Shown in pieces: positions 26,643-38,960 of a stretch of 64,000 nucleotides of DNA. Within the stretch, counting starts at the first letter, position 1. The number at the start of each line of letters is the position of its first letter. Source of the stretch: Octopus bimaculoides (taxonomy: Eukaryota); the NCBI RefSeq assembly GCF_001194135.2, contig NC_068992.1, positions 54,344,366 through 54,408,365 on the forward strand, given 5' to 3'. Under the pieces are notes generated by a model that was not told where the DNA came from, did not search any database, and saw only the letters and a program-made list of their open reading frames with translations. Position numbers and translations under genes: made by a program.

Positions 26643-28419
26643 AACTTACAGTTATATTAAGAGATTTAGTAATGTTATATCCTGTTATATATATATCCCC
26701 TGTAAGATATCTATTTAACTAAAACAATTTATAATATTGCTTTAATTAAAATTCAGTTAACCTTAAGGCGGTGAATAGCAAAAGTCAGTTGAGCATCGGA
26801 AATAATCGGTAGTAAGATTTGTTCCAGTCCGCTGCGCCCTGAGTTCAAATACCACTGTAGTCAATTTTGCCCTTTTTATTTTCGTGAGTCAATAAAAATA
26901 GCACCAATTCGAAGCGAGGGTTGGCAAAAGATGTCGTACTGCATGCCTTAGCGATATTCGCTCTGCCTCTTTGTGTTTTTAATTTCAAATCCCTCTATGG
27001 TACACTTGGACGGTAGGCTTTCCCGTCCCTCATCGATGTAACGGTATCCATTGTTCCAGGTGTTGCCATGGATAAACTTAACTCTGTTGCAAGCTTGCAG
27101 GCCAGATTTGCTATTTGAGGATATCTTCCTCAGGCGTTGTGCCGATAGTTAAAAAAACAATAATAATAATAATAATTATTATTATTATTAACAATCGGTC
27201 GCAAATACTGCGCTATAGAAGCTCTCTTTTTGCTTCGCGATAATAACTTTCTGACTTGACAATTCTTCATCGCTAAAATGATTATGATCCCTTCTTCCCT
27301 TGCTTGATTTTTGAGCAAAGAACCATCATTTTTCTCTAAAATATATCAAAAGAGTGTATATACGATTTGATTTATTCATTTATACCTTAAACCAAAATGT
27401 TGAAAACTTCGTTAGGTGTATCAGTTAAAACTTGCAAGTTGTATATAAACCTAAAATTGATTTTGTTGGGCTCAGTCGTCTATCATGAGTAAGAATTATA
27501 TGTCATTTGTCTTTCAAAACTCATGTCTTTCATTTTAGAAATATTTCGTAATATTATTTATATTAATATATTATTAATATATTAATTAGAACTTGCAAGT
27601 TATATGAAAACTTGCCTTTGATTTTGATGGATCCAACATATCTGCTAATATGATATACGTGTGAGTTATCCTTCAAGACTCATGGATTCCTTGTATTTTT
27701 ACGTTTGCTCAAATATAAAAGCTGTAAATGGCAGTAACTTCACTCAAAATCGTTACCTTTTGGAATCTCTTTTAACTCACCATTCTCACCAGGAAAGCCA
27801 GTTTATTTCAAACATTAAAAAAAGAAAAAAACACCATTGCTATAATCAAGTATTATGCAACGTCACTTTCTTTTCCATTATCCAGTGAGAAAGGGAAGAA
27901 GATCAACATACAACAGGACAATATGAAGGAACGGTATGCTTACATTGGTTTCTCGATTACATTAACAATTTGTTATTCAGTGTCTTTAATTATCAGATCG
28001 GCGCCTTTTCTATTCTGCTCAAACGTACCTCCTCACTAAGCGTTTTCAAATGTTTCTTGCCATTCATCTTCTAAGTATAACTTAGCTACCAGGCTAACAG
28101 CTGCTCCATCTGTTATGCCTCGTATTAGTAACAACTTCTGTTCTTCAAATTAAGTTCTGTCATTTCGAGAACCGTGTGCACCTAATTGCCAATTACATTA
28201 CAGAACGAGTTAATAGTTTTGGTATGGATTCAAAGTAGATTTTAGATTTATTTCCAGTCGTTGTTAATTATGGAGCTAACCAAATTAATATCCTCAATAA
28301 CCCGAGGAATCTTAATTATGAACTATAATAAGATATAACTTTAACTAATCAGACCATCCCAGGTCTATTCCAAGTTTTAGTTAATCATTGAATTTACTTT
28401 CGTTACTACTGAAGATAAA

Positions 28420-28680
28420 TTACTGTAACAACCTCAACGACCAGATGTTCTTACAAAGCAACAGAAGCTTCTCGACTCAATCACTTGACTTGCAAGAAAT
28501 AATAGCCCAATCTCCCTCAAACTACACTCTATCGTCTTAAGACAGGAGACATTAAATAATATAGGTCAATGCATATTATATTTAAAAACAGAAGGTCAGG
28601 TCAGGGCTAGAATGCCTGTGATCATAGATTTGGTCGATCAGAATCGTTTCGGGACGAAACAACTACAACAGCAACAATAT
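28420..28680 (+). mobile_element. SINE-like repeat family F
   Basis: agaaataatagcccaatctccctcaaactacactctatcgtcttaa...(aac)n; inverted homolog at 31740-31935. Confidence 0.55.
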
Positions 28681-28744
28681 ACTCGTCTTCAGGTCTCTCA
28701 TCAATTTAGAGTGCCAAATTGAAGACAATTCTAAACAAGAAAAA

Positions 28745-28965
28745 GGTGGTGAGCAGGCACAATCGTTAGAGCATCTAGCAAAACACTCAATGGCATTTGT
28801 TACGGCTCCTTAAAAGTTTGAGTTCAAATCCCGCCAAGGCCAAATTTACTTTACATCTCCCTAGAGTCGATAAAATAAAGTACCATTCAAGTTCTGGAGT
28901 CGATTACATCGGCTTACTTCTTCTCCTCAAAACTACTGGCCTCGTACCTAAAGTAGAAGCAATTT
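28745..28965 (+). mobile_element. SINE family A, degenerate
   Basis: gcggtgagc-like head, ttgagttcaaatcccgccaagg, gtcgataaaataaagtacca. Confidence 0.65.
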
Positions 28966-29044
28966 AAAACGAGAAAGAACATTCATCTGACATGACATGA
29001 GTTATATTCATTAGTTTCTCGACACGGTTATCATAATATATTCA

Positions 29045-29081
29045 TAAAAATCTGATGCTCTACCGACTGAGCTATTCGGGC
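29045..29081 (-). pseudogene. 5' half of tRNA-Lys(UUU), truncated after the anticodon loop
   Basis: Minus strand GCCCGAATAGCTCAGTCGGTAGAGCATCAGATTTTTA is nearly identical to the eukaryotic tRNA-Lys-TTT 5' half (GCCCGGATAGCTCAGTCGGTAGAGCATCAGACTTTTA). No T-arm or 3' acceptor strand follows. Confidence 0.7.
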
Positions 29082-29163
29082 GTACGAAAAAGATTGAAGT
29101 TCCATCGAATTTCGAGCAACTGCGTGCTAAGTAGATGTGATAAACACAACACCATGGGACTGA

Positions 29164-29577
29164 GAGCTGTTCTTCGTAGACACAATACACCAGCGATTAA
29201 CATATTCTCGTTCGAATCTGCCGGAATGTATTAAGAATGAGTATGCATGAATATGAATATATACTAGAGCTTATAAATATACTAGAGTTTTATTTGTCAT
29301 ATGACTAGTAATTTTAGATGTATTCTTTCATCAACCTGTGTAATAGCAAGAATCATTACATGCTTGCAATAATTGTAATTTAATCTTTATCAAATTTCTT
29401 GGTCATTATACAAAATGATGAAATGAATATTAATTTTTGGACAGAAAAATATTGTCTTCAAAAATAAAATTTAATAAAAGAAAGCAATAACGTACATTCT
29501 CATTCTTAATACGTTCGGGCAGATTCGAACGGGAATATGCTAATCGCTGTTGTATCATTTCTACGAAGAACAACTTC
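29164..29577. mobile_element. MITE-like element with ~80-bp imperfect terminal inverted repeats
   Basis: 29164-29241 is the reverse complement of 29499-29577 at roughly 85% identity, around an AT-rich ~255-bp core. Confidence 0.6.
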
Positions 29578-30372
29578 ATATTGTTTCATTTGTATAACTC
29601 CTCCTACAAATATGAATCATTGACTCATTGACTATCTTTTTCTTTGCCTCATCGTCTGCCTCTGTGACATTTTTCTCTTTCACTGTGAATGTATTTTAAG
29701 CGATCTTTTACTCAGTGCATGCCACCAAGCTTACTATGTATACTCATCCTGCACCTCATACGTTAACTCACGCTGTATATCTGTAGTTTTGTGACTAAGA
29801 ACGTGTTATTGCATAGTGAAAATATTTGGTTACAGTATTTTGAATGCACATTTCAGGAAATAAACCTTTATCAAATAAGAATATGAAAAATGCAGGATAT
29901 GCTTCGATTTCTGAACAGGGCAATGTGTTGTGTTCTTGAGCGAAAACACTTCATTTCTCGTTTCTCCAGTTCAATCAGCTGGCAAAAATGAGTCAGAATG
30001 TGGGGAAATGGCCTTATAATCCTATGGATCAAGAAGGACCATTGATTTTTTCTTTTCTTTTTACTTCTTTTTTTATTTTTGCTTTGAAATGTGAAGAGAA
30101 TTTTCATTGAGTAAATGAAGGAACGTCAATGTTGTAGCGCGAACTACAAGAAATAGCTGTTAAATTCTTTTAGACGAAACCCATTTGTTTCAATAAAAGG
30201 ATAATTTGAATAAGATACAGAAGGCTGCAATCTGAGAATAAAAGTGGGCTGTGAAGTTCAGAGCATGAAGGGATTTGATTAAAGATCTATTTGACCAGGG
30301 CTGACCAGAGGCTGCAATAACAATTGCAACAAAAACTATACCCACCCCGCGCCAAAAAAAAATCATGCAAAA

Positions 30373-31058
30373 GGCGCAGAAGTGGCTGTGTGGTAAGTAG
30401 CTTGCTTACCAACCACATGGTTCCCGGTTCATTCCCACTGCGTGGCACCTTGGGTAAGTGTCTTCTACTATAGCCTCGGGCCGACTAAAGCCTTGTGAGT
30501 GGATTTGGTAGACGGAAACTGAAAGAAGCCTGTCGTATATATGCATATGTGTGTATATGTTTGTGTGTCTGTGTTTGTCCCCCCAACATCGCTTGACAAC
30601 CGATGGTGGTGTGTTTAAGTCCCCTTAACTTAGCGGTTCGGCAAAAGAGACCGATAGAATAAGTACTAGGTATCCAAAGAATAAGTCCTGGGGTCAATTT
30701 GCTCGACTANNNNNNNNNNATTCCCACTGCGTGGCACCTTGGGTAAGTGTCTTCTACTATAGCCTCGGGCCGACTAAAGCCTTGTGAGTGGATTTGGTAG
30801 ACGGAAACTGAAAGAAGCCTGTCGTATATATGCATATGTGTGTATATGTTTGTGTGTCTGTGTTTGTCCCCCCAACATCGCTTGACAACCGATGGTGGTG
30901 TGTTTAAGTCCCCTTAACTTAGCGGTTCGGCAAAAGAGACCGATAGAATAAGTACTAGGTATCCAAAGAATAAGTCCTGGGGTCAATTTGCTCGACTAAA
31001 GGCGGTGCTCCAGCATGGCCGCAGTCAAATGACTGAAACAAGTAAAAGAATAAAAAGA
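30373..31058 (+). mobile_element. SINE family B (279 bp duplicated across a 10-N gap)
   Basis: Full head and tail are present; 30431-30709 is identical to 30720-30998. Confidence 0.85.
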
Positions 31059-31739
31059 AATATATAACCAGGTGGAATTATATAATTTTTCAATAATAGA
31101 AATAGTAATCAGCACACCTGTAGATCTTCCCAGAATGAACACGATTACTTTTCTGGTTTAGGAACTGGTAATGCTATTTTTTAATAAGCAATTGAAGACT
31201 GCGTGACGTTATAGTAATACTACGTTTATTTTCATCCTAAGATGCTATTTCTTTTGACGTATATTCTGAAAGATATCTGCAGTATAAGGAAAACTGTATT
31301 CAATATTATATAAAAACATATATATACAACAAAAATATGATATCCGGATTGAGCTTCATTGAGTCAAAATTTCAATTCAATGAAAATACTTGCAATATTC
31401 TCGTTTATGTGAGAGTAACTCTACTAGCAGCAAGTAAAATAAGTTGGCTATAAAATATTCTAAGAAGGAAAAAAAAAATGAATTAAATAGTTCTTTTTAT
31501 GGATTGGTTAATTTTTATAGATTTTCTTCCTAAATATGTCAAACAAAGCGTCTCATGCACAGTTTTTTTTATGAAGCTAAAACTTCTAAGAGTTTTGAAT
31601 GCTTCCGAATGACCTTTAATATAGATTTAAATCTAGCATAAAAATATCCAATATGAAATAGATATTTATAACAACAGACTTTAGCAAAACGTCTATGTTC
31701 TCTTATAACAGAACTGTTAATGTCATTTTTGATCGCGTT

Positions 31740-31935
31740 ATTCTTTTGTTGTTGCTGCTCAGCTTTAGGTCAGACCTCATCGAGAAGACTTGTGATCAAA
31801 GGCGATCAAACTGTGACCATCAAATATTTTCGTGTAGCAAGGCCATATTGTTTAATATAACTCTCTTTATTTTAGACAATAAGGTGAGATTTGAGGATAG
31901 CTTGACTGCTATTTCTAGCTAGTCTAATAACCATG
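31740..31935 (-). mobile_element. SINE-like repeat family F
   Basis: ggtgagatttgaggatagcttgactgctatttctagc is the reverse complement of the family F motif at about 28490-28530. Confidence 0.55.
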
Positions 31936-33419
31936 TAGAAGTGTCTCTAATATAGTGGTGATGATGGGGTTGGGGATGCTGAGGATGTTGGTGATGGCGC
32001 TAGTGGTTAATGTTGGTGTTGATTGTGTGTGGGGGGATGATGTCGGCTGTGGTGATGATGGTGGTTGTGATGTTGGTTGTGATGTAGTGCTGGCGGTGGT
32101 GTTGGCGGTGGTAGTGGTGCTCCTGGTGCTACTGCGAGTGATGTAGGCATTGGTGATGTTATCAGTTTTGTCGTTGCTGCTGCTGCTGCTACTGCTACTG
32201 CTGCTGCTGCTGCTACTGCTACTGCTGCTGCTGCTGCTACTGCTGCTGATGGTTGTTTTCATGGTGCTGTTCAGTCTTAGATCAGCCTTGATCGACCATG
32301 CTGATTTGAGCCGATGTATCAACTTAGTGAAGATGCCAAGTTGTGATTTGAACTTTCGATTACAATTTCTACGTCGAACAACTGTGCAAAAACTTACCAT
32401 TCTCATGAGCTCCTTCTTCCCTACCCCACCCCACCCCAATATAAACCAGTTATCTCCACGCGTATTTCTCCCGGAAACTCATTTCAACTGAAAACACAGA
32501 CACTGAAACCAAATCTTTAACTAACAGATTATAGACTATACAACAACTTTAGGTAAGCATTTCTCCTAAAGAGTGGATCATATATCTCGTGAATATTTGC
32601 TGTTTACACATCAAGAACTACTCAAAGTAATATCTGAACCGTCTTTTAATAGGGGCAATGACAAATTTTTAAGCCTTTTAGTTTGACGTGCTTCATGTAA
32701 GTGAGTCAACTAATACATATATCAGCACCGTTACTTGTCTTGAATTTAAATTCGATAATGAAACCAGTTTTAAGAGGCGAACGTTTATTCCCTGCAAAGC
32801 AATGAAACGATGGAAATTACATCTAAAATACAATAAACCAGTCAAACGTTTATGTAAACATTTTGTGGCTGAGTGAGCAAAAAGTTTGCTTCCTTCCCAA
32901 CCAAATAGTTTCAAGTTCAGTACCCTTGCGTAGCAACTAGGCCATGTGTTTTTTTACTATAGTCCCGAGCCGACGAAATCTTTGAGAGAATTTGAGAGAC
33001 GCAAACTGGGATGTGTGTTTGTGTTTCCGTGTTTTGACATCGCGTGATAGTAAATGAGTGTCTCTGAGATACAAGCTGTTTCATTCATTTTCATTATTCT
33101 TTGAAGACATGTTTGGCAATGGAGAAACGTTACCTTGTTTGGAAACGAAGGTTGGCTACAGGAAGTACATCCAGTAGTGTCTGGGGTTGTAACACAGATT
33201 TCAAAAGATATTACGATGAAAGATAACTTGCTCCTGAGATCAAGCTTCGTAATGAACTTGCTTCTAGGGATCAAGCTTCTTAAAAAGAAATAACTAATCT
33301 GCTGCAGCATATCTGGACTATAGAAAAGATGGTTTATCAATTAAGCAATTAATACAGTTTTCAGGGATTCTAATTATGATGAGTGTGGACGGGTTTGCAT
33401 TTAAGAGTTATATATTTAT

Positions 33420-33661
33420 GTATGTGTACATGTTTGTGTGTCTGTGTTTGTCCCTCCAACATCTCTTGACAACAGCGGTTCGGCATAAGAGACCGATAGA
33501 ATAAGTACTAGGCTTGCAAAGAATAAGTCCTGGGGTCGATTTGCTCGACTAAAGGCGGTGCTCCAGCATTGCCGCAATCAAATGACTGAAGCAAAATAAA
33601 AGAGTAAAAGAGTAAATGTAAATAATGTACATAATTCCTCATCTCTTAAATATAGAACTGC
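33420..33661 (+). mobile_element. SINE family B 3' half followed by a Penelope-repeat tail
   Basis: Family B end (aaaagagtaaaagagt) is directly followed by aaatgtaaataatgtacataattcctcatctcttaaatatagaactg, as at 15495-15539. Confidence 0.7.
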
Positions 33662-33733
33662 AGTAAATATTCCTTCAAATCACATTGTGTGTAACCCTTT
33701 TTTTCAAAGATATATATATATATAGGAAGTAGG

Positions 33734-34053
33734 AGCACTCCATCGTTTACGACGACGAGGATCCCAGCTGATCCGATCAAAAGAACAGCTTGCTCGTGAA
33801 ATTAACGTGCAAGTGGCTGAGCACTCCACAGACACGTGTACGCTTAACGTAGTTCTCAGAGAGATTCAGCGTGACACACAGTGTGACAAGGCTGGCCCTT
33901 TGAAATACAGGTACTACTCATTTTTGCCAGCTGACTGAACTGCAGCAACGTGAAATAAAGTGTCTTGCTCAAGGACACAACGTGTCACTGGGAATTGAAC
34001 TCACGACCTTACAATGGTGAGCTGAATGCCCTAACCACTAACCCACATCCCTT
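33734..34053 (-). mobile_element. tRNA-derived SINE family C'
   Basis: Homologous end to end with 19768-20080. Confidence 0.85.
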
Positions 34054-34056
34054 CAC

Positions 34057-34107
<51 letters not shown>

Positions 34108-34467
34108 NNNNNNNNNNNNNNNNNNNNNNNNNNNNNNNNNNNNNNNNNNNNNNNNNNNNNNNNNNNNNNNNNNNNNNNNNNNNNNNNNNNNNNNNNNNNN
34201 NNNNNNNNNNNNNNNNNNNNNNNNNNNNNNNNNNNNNNNNNNNNNNNNNNNNNNNNNNNNNNNNNNNNNNNNNNNNNNTGTTTGTTAAACAACGAGAACA
34301 AAAAAAAATAGAATATGAGCTTTGCTTTTAAATACGAAAATCATTTATCAAAAACTAGCGGTGAAAAACAACAGAAGTATGCTCTGACCAACTGGTTCTC
34401 CTAATCGTTATCGATTCATCGTCAAAGCCACTTCACAATTCTTATGTTGCTATTATAGGCTTGGAAT

Positions 34468-34670
34468 TAAGCGGCGAGCTGACAGAATCGGTAGCGCATC
34501 GGATAAATTGCTTAGCGTCATTTTGTCCGCTTTTACAGTCTGAGTTAAAATTCCATCGCAGTCGACTATGCCTTTCATCCTTTCGGAGTCTATAAAATAA
34601 TTACCAGTTGAGCACTGGAGTCAATGTAATTGACTTACCCGTTTCTCGGAAAATATTGGACTTGTGATAC
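34468..34670 (+). mobile_element. SINE family A
   Basis: aagcggcgagctgacagaatcggtagc...cctttcatcctttcggagtctataaaataattaccagttgagcactgg. Confidence 0.75.
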
Positions 34671-35558
34671 CAACATGGGTTTGGGATGTTTGGAGATGAC
34701 AACCTTACATCGGTTGTGCCTTATGTGGAAAATCTAATATTTCATAAAAATAAGTAGGTGAAATATGCCATCTACTGTAGATAGAGGAAAAATTGATAAA
34801 AATGTTAGAATAAACGATAATTCCAAATTTGTATCAGAATTATTGAGAAAATGTATAAAATCTTTTCCAATGTAGCATATGTTTAATGGTTGAACAAATT
34901 CTAACATTTGTCTGTTAATATATTATATAGCTCACTGCGTAACATATATCATTGAATATAAGTATATATTACCTCAAAGCGTTTTATGTTTCTGCTTTGA
35001 AATCCATAATATAATGATAATGAGATATGAAGAAATTCTTCAATGGAGGATTTCTTCAGGCATGCTGTTCCGTTTCCTTAATAATTAGTGTTGGCCCAAA
35101 ACCAGAAATACCAACCCGAAATACGTAACCCAGTAATTGGATCTTGGCACTTCAAACTTTCTAAGATTTAATTCTGGATCATTAATACAAGGGAAAGTCA
35201 ATTTTATTGACGAATTTAAGCAGTTTAGGAGTTTTACAATAGACTACTGCAATAGCTTGCTATGTAATGTGTAAAATTTCTCAATTAGTTTTATGGGAAA
35301 TTTTATACAAACTATGAGATGAACAACTACTGATATTTTATATCTCTCGGCCACTGAATTATATTTGCCTCCAGTCAACATAGTTAGCAACTGATACGTA
35401 GTTTAAGTCTCTGAAATTTTATTTCAGATAATAAAATAGCTTCTGTTACACGGTTTACCTTTTGATTAGTCCATCATATACAATCCTTTTGATTCTATTT
35501 AAAAAGAGAATTTCCTGCGTAGAAGCAAGTCTCTAAATACAAATCATATCATATTTAC

Positions 35559-35860
35559 CCTTCAAATAAACTAGTTGATTAAATCCACCAGCCAGTCAGA
35601 TCGTCTGCAGTCCTTCAAATACACTCGTTGATTAAATCCATTAACCAGTTACATCGTTCCTTCTGCCTCAAATACAGTCTTTGATTAAATCTATTCACTA
35701 CTTATATCTTCTGAAGTCCTTCAAATACAGCAGTTCATTAAATCTACTAAGTTAGATCGTCGGCTCTCCTATAAACACAGTAGTTAATTACATCCATTAT
35801 CCAGTTATGTCCTCTACTAGCATTCAAATCCACCAATCAGTTAAATCTTCTCTAGTTTAT
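35559..35860. repeat. Diverged ~53-bp tandem array (5-6 units)
   Basis: ccttcaaatacactagttgattaaatcca recurs about every 50-54 bp. Confidence 0.7.
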
Positions 35861-36099
35861 ACAGTATTATTCAGGCACTGACAACGTTTGTTTTGCTCTA
35901 CTTTTATTTACATTGAGCTTTTGAAAGCCATCTAAGTAGATAAAAAATTGAACACTGAAATCGTTAATATTTTGTGTATTAATATTCATGATCTTCCTGT
36001 TCTAAGGAGAGTTGGATGCTGCATATCTGGTGCATGAAGGACAGAAGATACGGCAAGTGAAAAACGCTGATTATGTTTGAGATGAAGAAATCTGGAACG

Positions 36100-36450
36100 A
36101 GAAACTAAATTGTATATAAAATAACCGCCAATTTAAAAAAAAACCCACCAGAACGAAATTAATAAAGACTACGTTTGATAAAATTCAATCAGATAACAAA
36201 CACAGAACGTGCTAAAAAGTAAACGAAAAGCATTATCCATCTTCTAAGCGAATACAGTATACGAGAACAAAAACGGTACAAACACAGCCATGAGTGTATC
36301 GGTGAAAGACTCTATTGGAGTAGTAGAAAATGTGTTCAGAAATGACAGAAAAATGGTATGAACACGAACTAGAAGTTTATCGAATTTATCCATAGAGACT
36401 GAGCACATTATTGAAGGGAGACCAGATATGGTTGTTGAGGGCAAAATAAT
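36100..36450 (+). mobile_element. R4/Dong-like LINE fragment, old and degenerate
   Basis: Frameshifted TR...DKIQSDNKHRTC*...IIHLLSE...RYKHSHECIGERLYW...KWYEHELEV...IETEHIIEGRPDMVV matches the CCHC knuckle plus restriction-like endonuclease (KWYEHxP, RRPDIVV) of the R4 clade. Confidence 0.65.
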
Positions 36451-36846
36451 TAAAAATCTTTGAAATCTTTAAAATCTTTACTTTGAGTAAAGTGGTTGCG
36501 AAAGAAACTGAAAGAATGTATCTATGTATCAAAAGTAGATGCATACATCTTTCGATTTATATATCTACTTTTCTTGCGATATGATAAACATTTAGAAACA
36601 CAAAACGAACGCCGTCACCACTCACTGTCTCATTCACTCTCTCTTTCTCTCTCACTCTCTCTTTCTTTCTCACTCTCTCCCTTTTTCTCTCACTCTTTCT
36701 TTTCTCTCTCACTCTCTCTCGTTCTCTCTTACTTCCTCTCTGTCCTCCTCTCTCTCGCTTTGCCACTCACTTCTTTAGTTGAAGTGAGTGTGACACACAC
36801 CACAGGTACGTACAAAAAAGAACAAGTTGGCATATTAATATTATTG

Positions 36847-36909
<63 letters not shown>

Positions 36910-36914
36910 GTAAT

Positions 36915-37114
36915 GGCAGAAGGCCAGCCATTTCAGGGAGGGGATACGTCGATTATATCAACCCCAGGGATCAACATCTACTTATTTTATCGACTCCGAG
37001 AGGATGAAAGGCAAAGTTGACTTCAATGGAATTTGAACTCAGAACGTGAAGACAGACAAAATGCCGCTAAGCATTTTGCCCAGAGTGCTAACGATTTTTC
37101 CAGCTCTCCGCCTT
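36915..37114 (-). mobile_element. SINE family A
   Basis: Reverse complement of the family A body and head, abutting (AAT)n. Confidence 0.8.
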
Positions 37115-37135
37115 AATAATAATAATAATAATAAC

Positions 37136-37188
<53 letters not shown>

Positions 37189-37209
37189 CAACAACAACAA
37201 CAACAACAG

Positions 37210-37271
<62 letters not shown>

Positions 37272-37277
<6 letters not shown>

Positions 37278-38207
37278 GTTGCTGCACAAGACCAAAGCCT
37301 CCCCACCAGAAATTACCAAAAACATATAATGAAAAGAAACATNNNNNNNNNNNNNNNNNNNNNNNNNNNNNNNNNNNNNNNNNNNNNNNNNNNNNNNNNN
37401 NNNNNNNNNNNNNNNNNNNNNNNNNNNNNNNNNNNNNNNNNNNNNNNNNNNNNNNNNNNNNNNNNNNNNNNNNNNNNNNNNNNNNNNNNNNNNNNNNNNN
37501 NNNNNNNNNNNNNNNNNNNNNNNNNNNNNNNNNNNNNNNNNNNNNNNNNNNNNNNNNNNNNNNNNNNNNNNNNNNNNNNNNNNNNNNNNNNNNNNNNNNN
37601 NNNNNNNNNNNNNNNNNNNNNNNNNNNNNNNNNNNNNNNNNNNNNNNNNNNNNNNNNNNNNNNNNNNNNNNNNNNNNNNNNNNNNNNNNNNNNNNNNNNN
37701 NNNNNNNNNNNNNNNNNNNNNNNNNNNNNNNNNNNNNNNNNNNNNNNNNNNNNNNNNNNNNNNNNNNNNNNNNNNNNNNNNNNNNNNNNNNNNNNNNNNN
37801 NNNNNNNNNNNNNNNNNNNNNNNNNNNNNNNNNNNNNNNNNNNNNNNNNNNNNNNNNNNNNNNNNNNNNNNNNNNNNNNNNNNNNNNNNNNNNNNNNNNN
37901 NNNNNAGACCTGGAAATAGAGGTAACTCGAATGTGGAATCTAAAAACAGAAACAATTCCTATCATAGTAGGTGCCTTAGGTATAATAAAAGAAATATTCA
38001 GACAAATACATAACAAAAACACCAGGACTTACAAATATATATAACATACAGAAAATTGCACTACTGGGCACTGCACACATCCTACGCAAAACACTTTCAA
38101 TACAGTAACCATAAGAGCATCACAGCAAACCACAGCACATACCCAAGGCGCACAGAGCTGCGCTCGGTAGTGAAGTGAAAGCACATTACAAAAATAAAAC
38201 TATTGAA
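37272..38207 (+). mobile_element. 5'-truncated R4/Dong-like non-LTR retrotransposon inside (AAT)n (gap 37343-37905)
   Basis: VAAQDQSLPTRNYQKHIMK before the gap. After it, DLEIEVTRMWNLKTETIPIIVGALGII/KYSDKYITKTPGLTNIYNIQKIALLGTAHILRKTLSIQ*, with one frameshift near 37990. This is the R4-clade REL-endonuclease C-terminus. (AAT)n lies on both flanks. Confidence 0.85.
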
Positions 38208-38208
38208 C

Positions 38209-38245
<37 letters not shown>

Positions 38246-38714
38246 TTGAACGCTAACTTTATCCCAGTTGTTTTCTCCTGATCATGCACTTTGTTGTATT
38301 TAGGTATGCATATATACCGTTGCCGAAATTAAGGATAGAAACATTAGAACTTACATTTAAATGACGAATTTTCTAAACTTCTACTACAAAAGGGGAAAAA
38401 AATCACCGGCATTTCGTATCTATTGCCATTATACACCTTATTTCTGCTGACACATTTTATGCATTCCATAAAGCCGATATTGGCCAATCATAACGAAGGA
38501 CTTCCTTTTTGATTGAGGAAATTCATTTCTTTTGATTACGTAAACAAATACATTCACTCTGTTACATTCAGCTAAACAAGTAAGAACAAACAAAAATTAA
38601 AAATAGTTTCTTTATATTCTAATGTTACTTCCAATAGTTCTTGAATTTTAGTTATATATTTGTGTTGTTTTCTTGTTATTTTGATTGCAGCTTTTATTGC
38701 ACTTTTTTTTTCAG

Positions 38715-38960
38715 TCAAAATTCCTGGCAGCAGAACTCTTTTCACCAAATTTCACTTGGTCGAAACGAAACGAACTACATCGTGTCTATCGGAATAGTAG
38801 ATGCCAGTTGGCAGGCTAGATTCTAAGAAAGTAGGTTTCCTATTCAAAATAAGACACCATATCAATCTCAAGAGACATTATTCATACAATGTGCATGTCT
38901 TTACCGAAGACACTAATGGAAACGTACTTCCATTCTACGTTCGTGCTACTGAATCTTATG
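38715..38960 (+). mobile_element. Possible degenerate CR1/L2-group LINE RT fragment
   Basis: Pieces LFSPNFTW, YIVSI and KKVGFLFKIRHHINL in shifting frames resemble LGLxFSxNLTW-HIxSI-RKLGFLFRxRxY. Confidence 0.35.

Noticed and set aside
30431-30998. Exact 279-bp tandem duplication and twin 70-aa ORFs
   Set aside because: The copies are identical and separated by exactly 10 Ns, which indicates an unmerged contig overlap; the ORFs are antisense SINE sequence.
31924-32439. 171-aa Ser/Thr-rich minus ORF (mucin-like)
   Set aside because: Derived from (GCT)n/(GGT)n low-complexity sequence flanked by SINE remnants.
35559-35860. CRISPR-like repeat-spacer appearance
   Set aside because: Eukaryotic context, degenerate repeats, mutually similar spacers and no cas genes.
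38715-38826. Exon candidate after ttttttttcag
   Set aside because: All frames stop within about 40 codons, and the motifs across frames fit a decayed LINE.
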